NCBI GenBank assembly: GCA_900617105.1
Contig: UYFQ01000001.1
Coordinates: forward strand, 2,232,001-2,296,000
Direction: 5' to 3'
Origin: Hydrurus foetidus
Lineage: Eukaryota
Length of the DNA: 64,000 nucleotides
A model generated the notes under the pieces. The model was not told the DNA's origin. It did no database searches and saw only the letters and a program-made list of their open reading frames with translations. Below are positions 42,936 to 52,198 of the stretch, in pieces. Both the position numbers and the translations under genes were made by a program. Each line of letters starts with the position of its first letter. Positions within the stretch are counted from its first letter, which is position 1.

Positions 42936-43898
42936 ATGCCAGCCTGTTCTTCACAAAAATCACCGCGCAACATCATCATTGACACTGATCCTGGGCAAGA
43001 CGATGCAGTGGCGATTTTGCTGGCCCTGGCCTCGCCAGAGCTGAACGTGTTGGGCATCACTGCTGTGGCTGGCAATGTGCCTTTGCAGCTAACCACGCGC
43101 AATATCTGTCAAATACTTGAGCTGGCCAAGCGTACCGATGTGCCGGTGTACGCGGGTGCAGCGCAGCCACTGCTGCGCAAATTGGTTACTGCCGAGCATG
43201 TACACGGCAGCACTGGGTTAGACGGCCCCACCCTGCCCGAACCCACCATGCAACTGGCGCAGGGCGACGCAGCGGACTTCATTGTGCGCAGTGTGCGCGA
43301 GCAACCCGCTGGCAGCATCACGCTGTGCGCATTAGGCCCATTGACTAACCTGGCGCTGGCATTGCAGCGCGCCCCCGACATCGCCCCGCGCCTGCGCGAA
43401 ATTGTGCTGATGGGCGGCGGCTGTTTTGAAGGCGGCAACATCACGCCAGCGGCTGAATTTAATGTGTATGTAGACCCGCACGCCGCGCAAATAGTGCTTA
43501 CTAGCGGAGTGCCTGTCGTCATGATGCCGCTTGACGTGACCCACCAAGTGCTGACCACACAGGCCAGAATCGCTGCAATACGTGCGGTTGGCACGCGCTG
43601 CGCCGCAGCCGTGGCCGACATGCTGGCTTTTTTTGAGCGTTTTGATGTTGAAAAGTACGGCACCGACGGTGGGCCTCTACACGACCCTTGCGTGGTGGCA
43701 TATCTCTTGCAACCGTTGTTGTTCAATGGCCGATTGATCAATGTGGAAGTTGAAACCACCAGCGATTTGACGATGGGCATGACTGTGGCTGATTGGTGGG
43801 GCGTCAGCGGGCGCAAGCCAAATGCACTGTTCATGCGCAGCGCAGATGCCGACGGTTTTTATTTGTTACTTAATCAGGCAATGGCGCGTTTGCCCTGA
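42936..43898 (+). CDS. Nucleoside hydrolase (IU-NH family, RihA-like)
   Basis: DTDPGQDD, HVHGSTGL, GNITPAAEFN and LHDP motifs. Confidence 0.93.
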   Translation: MPACSSQKSPRNIIIDTDPGQDDAVAILLALASPELNVLGITAVAGNVPLQLTTRNICQILELAKRTDVPVYAGAAQPLLRKLVTAEHVHGSTGLDGPTLPEPTMQLAQGDAADFIVRSVREQPAGSITLCALGPLTNLALALQRAPDIAPRLREIVLMGGGCFEGGNITPAAEFNVYVDPHAAQIVLTSGVPVVMMPLDVTHQVLTTQARIAAIRAVGTRCAAAVADMLAFFERFDVEKYGTDGGPLHDPCVVAYLLQPLLFNGRLINVEVETTSDLTMGMTVADWWGVSGRKPNALFMRSADADGFYLLLNQAMARLP

Positions 43899-44023
43899 TG
43901 TCGGATAGGGCTAATTAGGGCAAATTAGGCGGTGTTTGCATTTAAGATCCGATTTTTCACGGTCTGTATTTCAAGGTTCTGGTTTTTAACTATCGTCTTA
44001 TTTTTCAACGCAAAGGATTCAAC

Positions 44024-45022
44024 ATGAAAACTGCTCCAACCACGCTGGCCCGCTTCACGGCGATTGCAGCGGTAGCGGCTTGCGCGCTGCTCACCAGCGC
44101 TGCCTGCCTGGCTCAGCCCGCCATCGTTTATGACATGGGCGGCAAGTTTGACAAGTCGTTTAACGAAGCGGGTTACAACGGCATTGAGCGCTGGAAAAAA
44201 GAGTCGGGCAAGCCCTATCTTGAGTTTGAAATCACCAACGAATCACAGCGCGAGCAAGCGATTCGCCGCATGGCTGAGCGCAACGCCAGCCCGATTATTG
44301 CGATGGGTTTTGGTCAGGCTTCAGCGCTTGAGAAAGTAGCTAAAGACTTCCCGAAATTGCAATTCGCCATCATCGACATGGTGGTGAATTTGCCTAACGT
44401 GCAGTCGACCGTGTTTAAAGAACAAGAAGGCAGCTTTTTGGTCGGCGTGATGGCCGCCATGGCCAGTAAAACTGCAAAAGTCGGGTTCGTAGGCGGTATG
44501 GACATTCCGCTGATTCGCCGCTTTCAGTGCGGCTACGAGCAAGGTGCCAAATTTGCCAACCCAAAAGTAGAAGTGTTTGCCAACATGACCGGCACAACAG
44601 GCGCTGCCTGGAACGACCCGGCACGCGGCGGCGAGCTGGCCAAGGCACAGTTTTCAAAAGGTGCAGACGTAGTGTTTGCTGCGGCTGGCGGAACCGGCAT
44701 GGGCGTGTACCAGGCAGCCAAAGACAGCGGCAAGCTGGCCGTTGGTGTAGACAGCAACCAAAACCACCTGCAACCCGGCACCATGCTGACTTCAATGCTC
44801 AAGCGGGTTGACGTGGCCGTGTTTAACGCTGCCAATAATTTCAAACCGGGTATGTCGGTGCTGGGCCTGAAAGAAAGCGGCGTCGGTTTTGCGATGGATG
44901 CCAACAACGAAAAACTCGTGACGGCAGACATGAAGAAAAAGGTCGAAGCCGCACAAGCCGACATCATCAGCGGCAAAATTAAGGTTGCAGATTACATGGC
45001 CGATAACGCCTGCAAGTTTTAA
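44024..45022 (+). CDS. BMP-family nucleoside ABC transporter substrate-binding protein
   Basis: Signal peptide; GGKFDKSFNE, FVGGMDIPLI, GVDSNQN and TSMLKRVD motifs. Confidence 0.93.
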   Translation: MKTAPTTLARFTAIAAVAACALLTSAACLAQPAIVYDMGGKFDKSFNEAGYNGIERWKKESGKPYLEFEITNESQREQAIRRMAERNASPIIAMGFGQASALEKVAKDFPKLQFAIIDMVVNLPNVQSTVFKEQEGSFLVGVMAAMASKTAKVGFVGGMDIPLIRRFQCGYEQGAKFANPKVEVFANMTGTTGAAWNDPARGGELAKAQFSKGADVVFAAAGGTGMGVYQAAKDSGKLAVGVDSNQNHLQPGTMLTSMLKRVDVAVFNAANNFKPGMSVLGLKESGVGFAMDANNEKLVTADMKKKVEAAQADIISGKIKVADYMADNACKF

Positions 45023-45045
45023 TTTTTGAGCCATGGGCCCTCCTG

Positions 45046-45147
45046 CCCCTTCCCCCGCTGGGGGAAGGTTGGGATGGGGGCATGCACGATACCGACAGTG
45101 TTGCTGCACTTGCCCCCACCCCAGCCCTCCCCCGAAAGGGGAGGGAG
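45046..45147. repeat. REP/REPIN-like inverted pair of GC-rich palindromes
   Basis: CCCCTTCCCCCGCTGGGGGAAGGTTGGGATGGGGGCA (45046-45082) and its inverted partner TGCCCCCACCCCAGCCCTCCCCCGAAAGGGGAGGGAG (45111-45147); each arm has its own small hairpin. Confidence 0.85.
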
Positions 45148-45159
45148 CAAGGTCACTAC

Positions 45160-46734
45160 ATGCTGACCAACCAAGCCGCGTCAGCATCGGCCACCTCACC
45201 CTCACCCGCACCTGATTCAAGCCTTGCCGTGCAGATGCTTGAGATCTGCAAACGCTTTGGCGCGGTGCTGGCTAACTCTGATGTGAACCTGTCCGTACGG
45301 CAAGGCACAGTGCACGGCATTGTGGGCGAAAACGGTGCGGGCAAAAGCACGCTGATGTCGGTGCTGTACGGTTTTTACCGTGCTGACAGCGGGCAAATTT
45401 TTATTAATGGCCAGCGGATAGCCATTGCCAACGCGCACGACGCTATTGCACACGGCATCGGCATGGTGCACCAGCACTTCATGCTGGTTGACACACTAAA
45501 TGCCATTGAAAACGTCATGCTGGGCGCCGAGCCGCACGTGCTGCTAGACAAAGCAGCCGCCGTCGTGCGACAGCGACTGCAAGCGCTAATGCTATCGACC
45601 GGTTTGAAAGTAGCGCTCGATGTGCCGGTGGGGGAGCTGCCGGTTGGCGACCAGCAGCGGTTGGAGATTTTGAAAGCGCTGTACCGGGGGGCGCGCATTT
45701 TGATTCTGGATGAGCCTACCGCTGTGCTTACCCCGCAAGAAACCGAACAATTGTTTGGCGTGTTAACGCTGCTGCGCAGCCAGGGCACAACGATTATTTT
45801 GATCACCCACAAGCTCAAAGAAGTGATGCGCCTGTGTGACGACGTGACGGTGATGCGCGGTGGCAAGGCAGTAGCGCGCGTGGCCATTGCAGATACCTCT
45901 ATTGACCAACTGGCTGAAGCGATGGTGGGCCGCAAGGTTGCTACCGGCCGCGCGGCAGGTGCAGCGCAAGCGCTGGGCGCCATCAAGTTGCAAGCCACCA
46001 ATATTTCGCTGAAAGACTCGGCTGGCGTGCTGCGCCTTGACGGCATTGATTTGCAATTGCGCGCCGGCGAAATCGTTGGCATTGCGGGTGTGTCGGGCAA
46101 CGGGCAAACTGAATTGCTTGAAGTGCTGTCTGGCCTGTGCGCCCCCGGCGCTGGGCAGATGTCCATTGATGGCCACACCTTTTCAGCCAGTGCCTGGCTG
46201 CACCCCACCGAGGCGCGATTATTGAAAATTGCCCACGTGCCCGAAGACCGCCACGCTCGGGCCATGGTGATGGACTTTGACGCTTGGGAATCCGCCGTGC
46301 TGGGCTACGAAGCCTTGCCTGCCTACAGCCGCTGGGGTTGCATGCTGCGCGGGCGCATGCGCGCCGCTACGCGCGCAATGATGGAACGCTTCGACGTGCG
46401 CCCGCGCAACGCGCAGCTGCAAAGCAGCAAATTTTCTGGCGGTAATCAGCAAAAACTGGTGCTGGCCCGCGAACTGGGCCAAACCCCGCACGTGCTGCTG
46501 GTGGGCCAGCCGACGCGCGGGGTAGACATTGGCGCTATTGAATTTATCTACAGCCAGCTCCGCGCGCTGCGTGCGCAAGGCTGCGCGGTGCTGGTGCTGT
46601 CGAGCGAGCTTGACGAAATACTGGCCCTTAGTGACCGCGTGGTGGTGATGTGCCAGGGCCGCATTACCGGGGAGCTGCCGATTGATGCGTGCTCTGAGAA
46701 CCGGCTGGGCATATTAATGACTGGTGGGGCATAA
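45160..46734 (+). CDS. Nucleoside/sugar ABC transporter ATP-binding protein (two ABC domains)
   Basis: GENGAGKST, ILDEPTAVLTPQE, SGGNQQK and QPTRGVD motifs; start placed after the REP-like element. Confidence 0.93.
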   Translation: MLTNQAASASATSPSPAPDSSLAVQMLEICKRFGAVLANSDVNLSVRQGTVHGIVGENGAGKSTLMSVLYGFYRADSGQIFINGQRIAIANAHDAIAHGIGMVHQHFMLVDTLNAIENVMLGAEPHVLLDKAAAVVRQRLQALMLSTGLKVALDVPVGELPVGDQQRLEILKALYRGARILILDEPTAVLTPQETEQLFGVLTLLRSQGTTIILITHKLKEVMRLCDDVTVMRGGKAVARVAIADTSIDQLAEAMVGRKVATGRAAGAAQALGAIKLQATNISLKDSAGVLRLDGIDLQLRAGEIVGIAGVSGNGQTELLEVLSGLCAPGAGQMSIDGHTFSASAWLHPTEARLLKIAHVPEDRHARAMVMDFDAWESAVLGYEALPAYSRWGCMLRGRMRAATRAMMERFDVRPRNAQLQSSKFSGGNQQKLVLARELGQTPHVLLVGQPTRGVDIGAIEFIYSQLRALRAQGCAVLVLSSELDEILALSDRVVVMCQGRITGELPIDACSENRLGILMTGGA

Positions 46735-46739
46735 AAATG

Positions 46740-46787
46740 AACTGTAGGCCAATAAATACGGGCGCGAGCAGCTGCATATTTAATAGC
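46740..46787 (+). repeat. 48-bp dispersed element, copy 11
   Basis: AACTGTA-GGCCAATAAATACGGGC-GCGAGCA-GCTGCATATTTAATAGC. Confidence 0.9.
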
Positions 46788-46816
46788 AATGAAGCTTTTA
46801 TCCAAGCGCTTAATTC

Positions 46817-47956
46817 ATGACGCCCGCGCCTCCCCTGCCCCGCTGGGCCGACATTGTTTTGCTGCCCGTCGTCTGCCTGGCAGTGGCGCTGCTGGCTGCG
46901 GGCGTGGTGGTGGCGGCAGTGGGTCAAAACCCGGTCAATGTGCTGTCGGTGCTAGTTAACGGTGCATTCGGCACGCCGCGCGGCATTAGCTACACGTTGT
47001 ACTACGCCACCACTTTTATTTTTACCGGTTTGGCAGTCGCGGTAGCTTTTCATAGCGGCCTGTTCAACATTGGCGCTGAAGGCCAGGCACTGATGGGCGG
47101 GCTAGGCACGGGCCTGGTGGCGTTGTGGTTGGGGCCAGTGCTGCCGGACTGGCTGTTGATTCCCTTAATGCTTTTTGCAGGGGCTTTGTTCGGCGTGGCG
47201 TGGGCGGCGGTGCCTGCGGTGCTGCAGGCGTATCGGGGCAGCCACGTGGTGATCACCACCATCATGTTTAACTTTATTGCCAGCAGCTTGATGGTGTATT
47301 TGCTGGTGAACTTTATTCGGCCTGCAGGCACCATGTCGGTTGAAAGCGTGCCGTTTGCGCCGTCTGCCAAGTTAGCGTCGATGAAAGATTTTTTGGCGGG
47401 TGTTGGCATTGATTGGCCCAGCTCACCACTCAATATCAGTTTGTTTTTGGCTTTGCTGGCGGCGCTGGGGGTATACCTGTATTTGTGGCGCACCCGCTCT
47501 GGCTACCGCCTGCGTGCGGTGGGTTCCAGCGCAGGTGCAGCGACTTATGCAGGCATCAATGCCAGGCACCAGGTAGTTATTGCCATGGCGCTGTCGGGTG
47601 CGCTGGCCGGGCTTGTAGGCATGAACGAGATTGCAGGCGTTAGCGGCAAGCTGCTGCTTGAATTTGTGGCCGGTGCGGGCTTTACCGGCATTGCCGTAGC
47701 GCTCATGGGGCGAAACCACCCGGTTGGCATTGTGCTGGCTAGCGTGCTGTTTGGCGCGTTGTTTCAGGGCGGCGCTGAGGTGGCTTTTGAAGTGCGCGGG
47801 TTTAGCCGCGACATGGTAGTGATGTTGCAAGGTTTTATCGTGCTTTTTTCAGGCGCCATGGTGTACGTGATAGCCCCTTGGCTGGCGCGGGCGGTGGCTG
47901 CTGTCGCTCGAATTTTTAGATCTGCCAAAACTAGCGGGCAGGCCAGCCATGGATGA
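46817..47956 (+). CDS. Nucleoside ABC transporter permease 1
   Basis: GLFNIGAEGQ, VITTIMFNFIA and GFTGIAVALMGRNHP motifs. Confidence 0.92.
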   Translation: MTPAPPLPRWADIVLLPVVCLAVALLAAGVVVAAVGQNPVNVLSVLVNGAFGTPRGISYTLYYATTFIFTGLAVAVAFHSGLFNIGAEGQALMGGLGTGLVALWLGPVLPDWLLIPLMLFAGALFGVAWAAVPAVLQAYRGSHVVITTIMFNFIASSLMVYLLVNFIRPAGTMSVESVPFAPSAKLASMKDFLAGVGIDWPSSPLNISLFLALLAALGVYLYLWRTRSGYRLRAVGSSAGAATYAGINARHQVVIAMALSGALAGLVGMNEIAGVSGKLLLEFVAGAGFTGIAVALMGRNHPVGIVLASVLFGALFQGGAEVAFEVRGFSRDMVVMLQGFIVLFSGAMVYVIAPWLARAVAAVARIFRSAKTSGQASHG

Positions 47957-48926
47957 AAGCCTGATTGCCGGCATGTTGGCGTCCACGCTGCGCGTGTCGA
48001 CGCCGCTGATTTTGTGTGCGCTGGCGGGCTTGCTTGCCGAACGCTCAGGCGTGGTCGATATTGGCTTGGAAGGAAAAATGCTTTTCGGCGCGTTTGCTGC
48101 AGGCGCGGTCGGTGCACTGTCTGGCTCAATTGTTTTGGCGCTGTTGGCGGCCATGAGCGTGGCAGTGCTGCTGTCTTGGGTTCACGGGCTGGCCTGCGTC
48201 AGCCACCGTGGCGATCAGGTCGTGTCGGGCGTGGCCATTAACATCATTGCCGCAGGCATGACAGTAGTGATTGGCATTGCGCTCTTTGCCCAAGGCGGGC
48301 AAACGCCGCAGTTGCCCAATACGGTTCGGTTTGGGCCGCTGCTGCCGGGGGTGGCCGATGCAGTGCGCAGCGTGCCGGTCGTTGGCGTGGTGCTGAGTGA
48401 CGGCTTGCTGCGCCACAACGCGATGGTTTATTTGGCGTTGGCGTTAGTGCCCGCAGTGTGGGCTCTGGTGTTTCGCACCCGCTTTGGGCTGCGACTGCGG
48501 GCCGTGGGCGAGAACCCGCAAATGGTCGACGCCGCGGGTGTGTCAGTGCAGCGCCTGCGCTACGCCGCGCTGACGCTTAACGGTGTGTTGTGCGGGCTGG
48601 CAGGGGCTTATTTGGTGCTGGGGCAAAGCGCCATGTTCTCCAGCAACATGACCGCCGGGCGCGGTTTTATGGCGCTGGCCGCGCTTATTTTTGGCCGCTG
48701 GCACCCCGTCAAGGCGCTGGTAGCGTGCCTGTTATTTGGTTTTTTGGATGCGTTCGCCATTCGCATGCAAGGCGTCAAGTTGCCCGCCGCACTGGGAAGT
48801 GGCGAAGTGCCGGTTCAATTGATTCAGGCACTGCCGTATGTCATGACGGTGGTGCTGCTAGCTGGGTTTGTGGGCAAAGCTATCGCGCCAAAGGCGCTGG
48901 GCAGACCGTACGTGAAAGAGCGCTAA
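47949..48926 (+). CDS. Nucleoside ABC transporter permease 2
   Basis: ERSGVVDIGLEG, GLRLRAVGENP and GRGFMALAALIFG motifs. Confidence 0.92.
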   Translation: MDESLIAGMLASTLRVSTPLILCALAGLLAERSGVVDIGLEGKMLFGAFAAGAVGALSGSIVLALLAAMSVAVLLSWVHGLACVSHRGDQVVSGVAINIIAAGMTVVIGIALFAQGGQTPQLPNTVRFGPLLPGVADAVRSVPVVGVVLSDGLLRHNAMVYLALALVPAVWALVFRTRFGLRLRAVGENPQMVDAAGVSVQRLRYAALTLNGVLCGLAGAYLVLGQSAMFSSNMTAGRGFMALAALIFGRWHPVKALVACLLFGFLDAFAIRMQGVKLPAALGSGEVPVQLIQALPYVMTVVLLAGFVGKAIAPKALGRPYVKER

Positions 48927-48946
48927 ATAGCTCGGTGAATCGCCTG

Positions 48947-49972
48947 TTACGCTGCTGAGGTGGTCGCCTCAACGGTTGGCTCGCGCCCCATCAGGGCCAT
49001 CACGGCCTCGCCAGCGGTCATGTGCCCATCCAGCAACCCGACCACCGCGCTTGAAATCGGCATCTCTACACCCAAACCCGCAGCGCGCTGCACCACGGTG
49101 CGTGCGCAGTACACGCCTTCGGCCACATGGCCCAACGCTAAAACCGCTTCAGCCAGCGTTTTTCCTTGTGCCAGCGCCAGGCCCACTTTGCGATTGCGGC
49201 TTAAATCGCCGGTTGCCGTCAGCACCAAATCGCCTAAGCCCGACAGGCCGGTAAAGGTGTCTGCCCGCGCGCCCAGCGCCACGCCCAAGCGGGTCATTTC
49301 GGCCAAGCCGCGGGTGATCAGGGCGGCTCTGGCGTTCAGGCCCAAGCCCAGGCCATCGCACAAACCGGTGGCTACCGCCAGCACGTTTTTAACTGCACCG
49401 CCCACTTCTACACCCACGATATCGTCGTTACCGTAAACGCGCAGCGTGGCGCTGTGAAAGGCGGCAACCAGCGCGTCGCGCACGGCTGGGTGCTCGCTGG
49501 CGGCGACCAAAGCCGTTGGTTGGCCATTGGCAACTTCTTGCGCGAAGCTAGGGCCGCTCAGCACGCCCGCTATTAAATTAGGAGCTGCTTGCGCCCGTAT
49601 TTCATGGGCTAGAAGGCCAAATGATCCCTGAAAAGCATCGTTTTGAGGCTTTTCGAAGCCTTTGCACAGCCATGCGACCGGTCTTTGTACGTCCTGCAGC
49701 GCGTGCAGCATGCCGCGCAAACCCGACATCGGCGTAGCAATAACGATCAGGTTTTTGTCGTCGATGGCACTGGCAAACTGGCTTGGCCCGCCAGCAATTT
49801 GCAACCCTTCAGGCAACTCAATGCCCGGCAAGTAATGCGAGTTGGCCCTGGCCGCGGCCATAGCTGCAGTTTGCGCTGTATTGCGGCCCCACAGCGTGAC
49901 CTGATGCGCGGCAGCGGCGTTGACCGCCAACGCTGTGCCCCACGCGCCAGCGCCCAGCACCGCAATTTTCAT
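48947..49972 (-). CDS. gpsA: NAD(P)H-dependent glycerol-3-phosphate dehydrogenase
   Basis: [23 protein letters not shown] and GLGDLVLT...SRN motifs. Confidence 0.97.
   Translation of the reverse strand: MKIAVLGAGAWGTALAVNAAAAHQVTLWGRNTAQTAAMAAARANSHYLPGIELPEGLQIAGGPSQFASAIDDKNLIVIATPMSGLRGMLHALQDVQRPVAWLCKGFEKPQNDAFQGSFGLLAHEIRAQAAPNLIAGVLSGPSFAQEVANGQPTALVAASEHPAVRDALVAAFHSATLRVYGNDDIVGVEVGGAVKNVLAVATGLCDGLGLGLNARAALITRGLAEMTRLGVALGARADTFTGLSGLGDLVLTATGDLSRNRKVGLALAQGKTLAEAVLALGHVAEGVYCARTVVQRAAGLGVEMPISSAVVGLLDGHMTAGEAVMALMGREPTVEATTSAA
49569..49616 (-). repeat. 48-bp dispersed element, copy 12, inside the gpsA coding sequence
   Basis: Sense strand CCTTCTA-GCCCATGAAATACGGGC-GCAAGCA-GCTCCTAATTTAATAGC, encoding (G)[16 protein letters not shown]. 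Confidence 0.88.
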
Positions 49973-49994
49973 GATCTACCGACCATGAGATGGA

Positions 49995-50465
49995 TCAAAC
50001 TACGATTTGCGGTGCATCAGCCGAAGCAGCCGCGAGCGCTTGCTGCTGTTGCTGCTCATACATGGCTTGAAAATTAATTTCAGCCAGGTGCACCGGTGGA
50101 AAACCGCCGCGCTGCACAATATCAGCCACGTTACCGCGCAGGTAGGGGTAAACAATTTGCGGGCAAGCTATGCCCAAAATCGGGCCCATTTGGTCTTGCG
50201 GCATGTTGCGCAACTCAAAAATACCGGCTTGTTTGGCCTCAACCAAAAACACGGTTTTGTCTGCAATTTTGGCGTGCACGGTGGCGGTCACCACGATTTC
50301 AAACAGGCCGTCGGCCACGGGCGTGGCTTCCACACCAAGCTGAATATCAACTGCTGGCTGCTCGGCATTGAGCAAAATATCAGGGGAATTGGGCTGCTCT
50401 AAAGACATGTCTTTGAGGTACACGCGCTGAATTTGAAATACCGGATCAAGAGTGGCTTCGGCCAT
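49995..50465 (-). CDS. secB: Protein export chaperone SecB
   Basis: [32 protein letters not shown] and GGFPP motifs. Confidence 0.97.
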   Translation of the reverse strand: MAEATLDPVFQIQRVYLKDMSLEQPNSPDILLNAEQPAVDIQLGVEATPVADGLFEIVVTATVHAKIADKTVFLVEAKQAGIFELRNMPQDQMGPILGIACPQIVYPYLRGNVADIVQRGGFPPVHLAEINFQAMYEQQQQQALAAASADAPQIVV

Positions 50466-50523
50466 GAATTACTTTCAGGTTACTAAATAAAAAAACAAAA
50501 CTTGAGGGGGTTGAACCCGAAAA

Positions 50524-50784
50524 TCAAGCAGCGTTAAGCAAAGGCAGCAAGCCGCCTTTGCCGTCCAGCGCTACGAGGTCATCACAGCCGCCCACATGGG
50601 TGCTGCCGATGAAAATTTGCGGTACGGTGCGCCGCCCAGTAGCGTCCATCATTTTTTGGCGTTCTTCAGGCAGCAAGTCCACGCGGATTTCGGTCAGTTC
50701 GGTAACGCCGCGTGTTTTCAGCAGTTGCTTGGCCGAAATGCAATACGGGCAGGTAGCGGTGGTGTAAATTTTGACGTTTTGCAT
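50524..50784 (-). CDS. grxC: Glutaredoxin 3
   Basis: CPYC, TVPQIFI and GGCDDL motifs; sits in the rhodanese-grxC-secB-gpsA operon. Confidence 0.95.
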   Translation of the reverse strand: MQNVKIYTTATCPYCISAKQLLKTRGVTELTEIRVDLLPEERQKMMDATGRRTVPQIFIGSTHVGGCDDLVALDGKGGLLPLLNAA

Positions 50785-50791
50785 GAGGGTG

Positions 50792-51208
50792 TTATGACTT
50801 TTCAATGGGCAAATTGGCGTCTTTCCAGGCTTTTAGCCCGCCGCCCAGCGCTTGGGCTTGTTCGTAACCCAACTTTTTGGCTACGGCCACTGCGCGGTTT
50901 GCGCGCGCTCCGGTAGCGCACACCAAAATCAGCGGCAGCGCTTTGTTTTTTACCGTCATGGCCAGCTTGTCCGCCAGCTCGCTGAAAGGTACGTTTTTAG
51001 CACCACCAACGTGGCCAGAGGCAAATTCGCCGCTGTCGCCGACGTCTACTACCACTGCTTTTTCACGGTTAATCAGTTGTACAGCGGCGCTGGCGCTCAG
51101 GGCGCCTGCGTTCATGCCGCTAGAAACCACGGGCCACACCAGCATGCCACCAGAGGCCAAAGCGATGGATATGAGCATCCAGTTGTCGATCAAAAATTTC
51201 ACTTGCAT
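50792..51208 (-). CDS. Rhodanese-like membrane protein (YibN-like)
   Basis: N-terminal TM helix; GHV, VCATG and LGGGLKAWKDANLP motifs; operon position. Confidence 0.88.
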   Translation of the reverse strand: MQVKFLIDNWMLISIALASGGMLVWPVVSSGMNAGALSASAAVQLINREKAVVVDVGDSGEFASGHVGGAKNVPFSELADKLAMTVKNKALPLILVCATGARANRAVAVAKKLGYEQAQALGGGLKAWKDANLPIEKS

Positions 51209-51372
51209 CCCTTAAGTCGGTTTAACTCGAAAATTGCCTAACCAGTGATTTTAGAATGCTGGAAGCCGCCAAACTTTTCGCGCAGCGTTTTAAGCCTTTT
51301 CAAACTCTGCCTGTTGCTTCTTTTCGCTCTGCGCCAGCCCTCAAGAACTCCTTTCTATCTCCAAGCCATCCC

Positions 51373-52068
51373 ATGCACAAACTTGTACTCATCCGCCACG
51401 GCGAATCCACCTGGAATCTGGAAAACCGATTCACCGGCTGGGCCGACGTGCCTTTGACCGCCACTGGCGTTGCCCAAGCCAAGCATGCGGGCGCGTTGCT
51501 GCAGGGCGCTGGCTTTGACTTTGATGTGGCTTACACCAGCATGCTTAAGCGCGCCACGCACACGCTGTGGCACACGCTTGATGCGATGGACCGCACCTGG
51601 CTGCCAGTACTGAACCACTGGCGGCTAAATGAACGGCATTACGGCAATTTACAGGGGTTGAACAAAGCCGAGACCGCTGAAAAATATGGCGACGCGCAGG
51701 TTCTGCTGTGGCGCCGCAGCTATGACGTGCCGCCCCCAGCCATGGCCGCCGACGACGAACGCAGCGAGCGCAGTGACCGCCGATATGCAAAGCTAAAACC
51801 AGAACAAATCCCGCTCACTGAATGCCTTAAAGACACCGTGGAGCGCGTGTTGCCCTTTTGGAATGAATCCATGGCCCCTGCGATCAAAGCGGGTAAACGT
51901 GTGGTGGTGGCGGCGCACGGCAACTCCATACGCGCTTTGGTGAAATACCTCGACGACATTTCAGACGCAGACATCGTGGGCCTGAACATTCCGAACGGCA
52001 CGCCTTTGGTGTACGAGCTCGATGCCCATCTGAAGCCAATCAAGCACTACTATTTGGGCGACACCTGA
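51373..52068 (+). CDS. gpmA: 2,3-bisphosphoglycerate-dependent phosphoglycerate mutase
   Basis: [21 protein letters not shown] and AAHGNS motifs. Confidence 0.96.
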   Translation: MHKLVLIRHGESTWNLENRFTGWADVPLTATGVAQAKHAGALLQGAGFDFDVAYTSMLKRATHTLWHTLDAMDRTWLPVLNHWRLNERHYGNLQGLNKAETAEKYGDAQVLLWRRSYDVPPPAMAADDERSERSDRRYAKLKPEQIPLTECLKDTVERVLPFWNESMAPAIKAGKRVVVAAHGNSIRALVKYLDDISDADIVGLNIPNGTPLVYELDAHLKPIKHYYLGDT

Positions 52069-52198
52069 GCCGCCCCTAGCCCATTGCAAATTCAGCTTAA
52101 AACTGCGGAACTGTAACGAGGGGTCTTTGTCATAGGTGTATATTGCTTTTCATGTGCACTTACGGCGCAACTCTGCGCTGAACTTTCAAGGTATTTGT

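Noticed and set aside
45082..45159. N-terminal extension of the ABC ATPase (APTPALPRKGREQ)
   Set aside because: It is the translation of the REP-like palindrome; a downstream ATG at 45160 is more plausible, although the true start is not certain.
45375..46265. Long antisense or alternate-frame ORFs (also 14748-15575, 23586-24362, 28295-28981, 43109-43834)
   Set aside because: They lie wholly on or opposite well-supported genes, have no recognisable motifs, and are expected shadows in GC-rich coding DNA.
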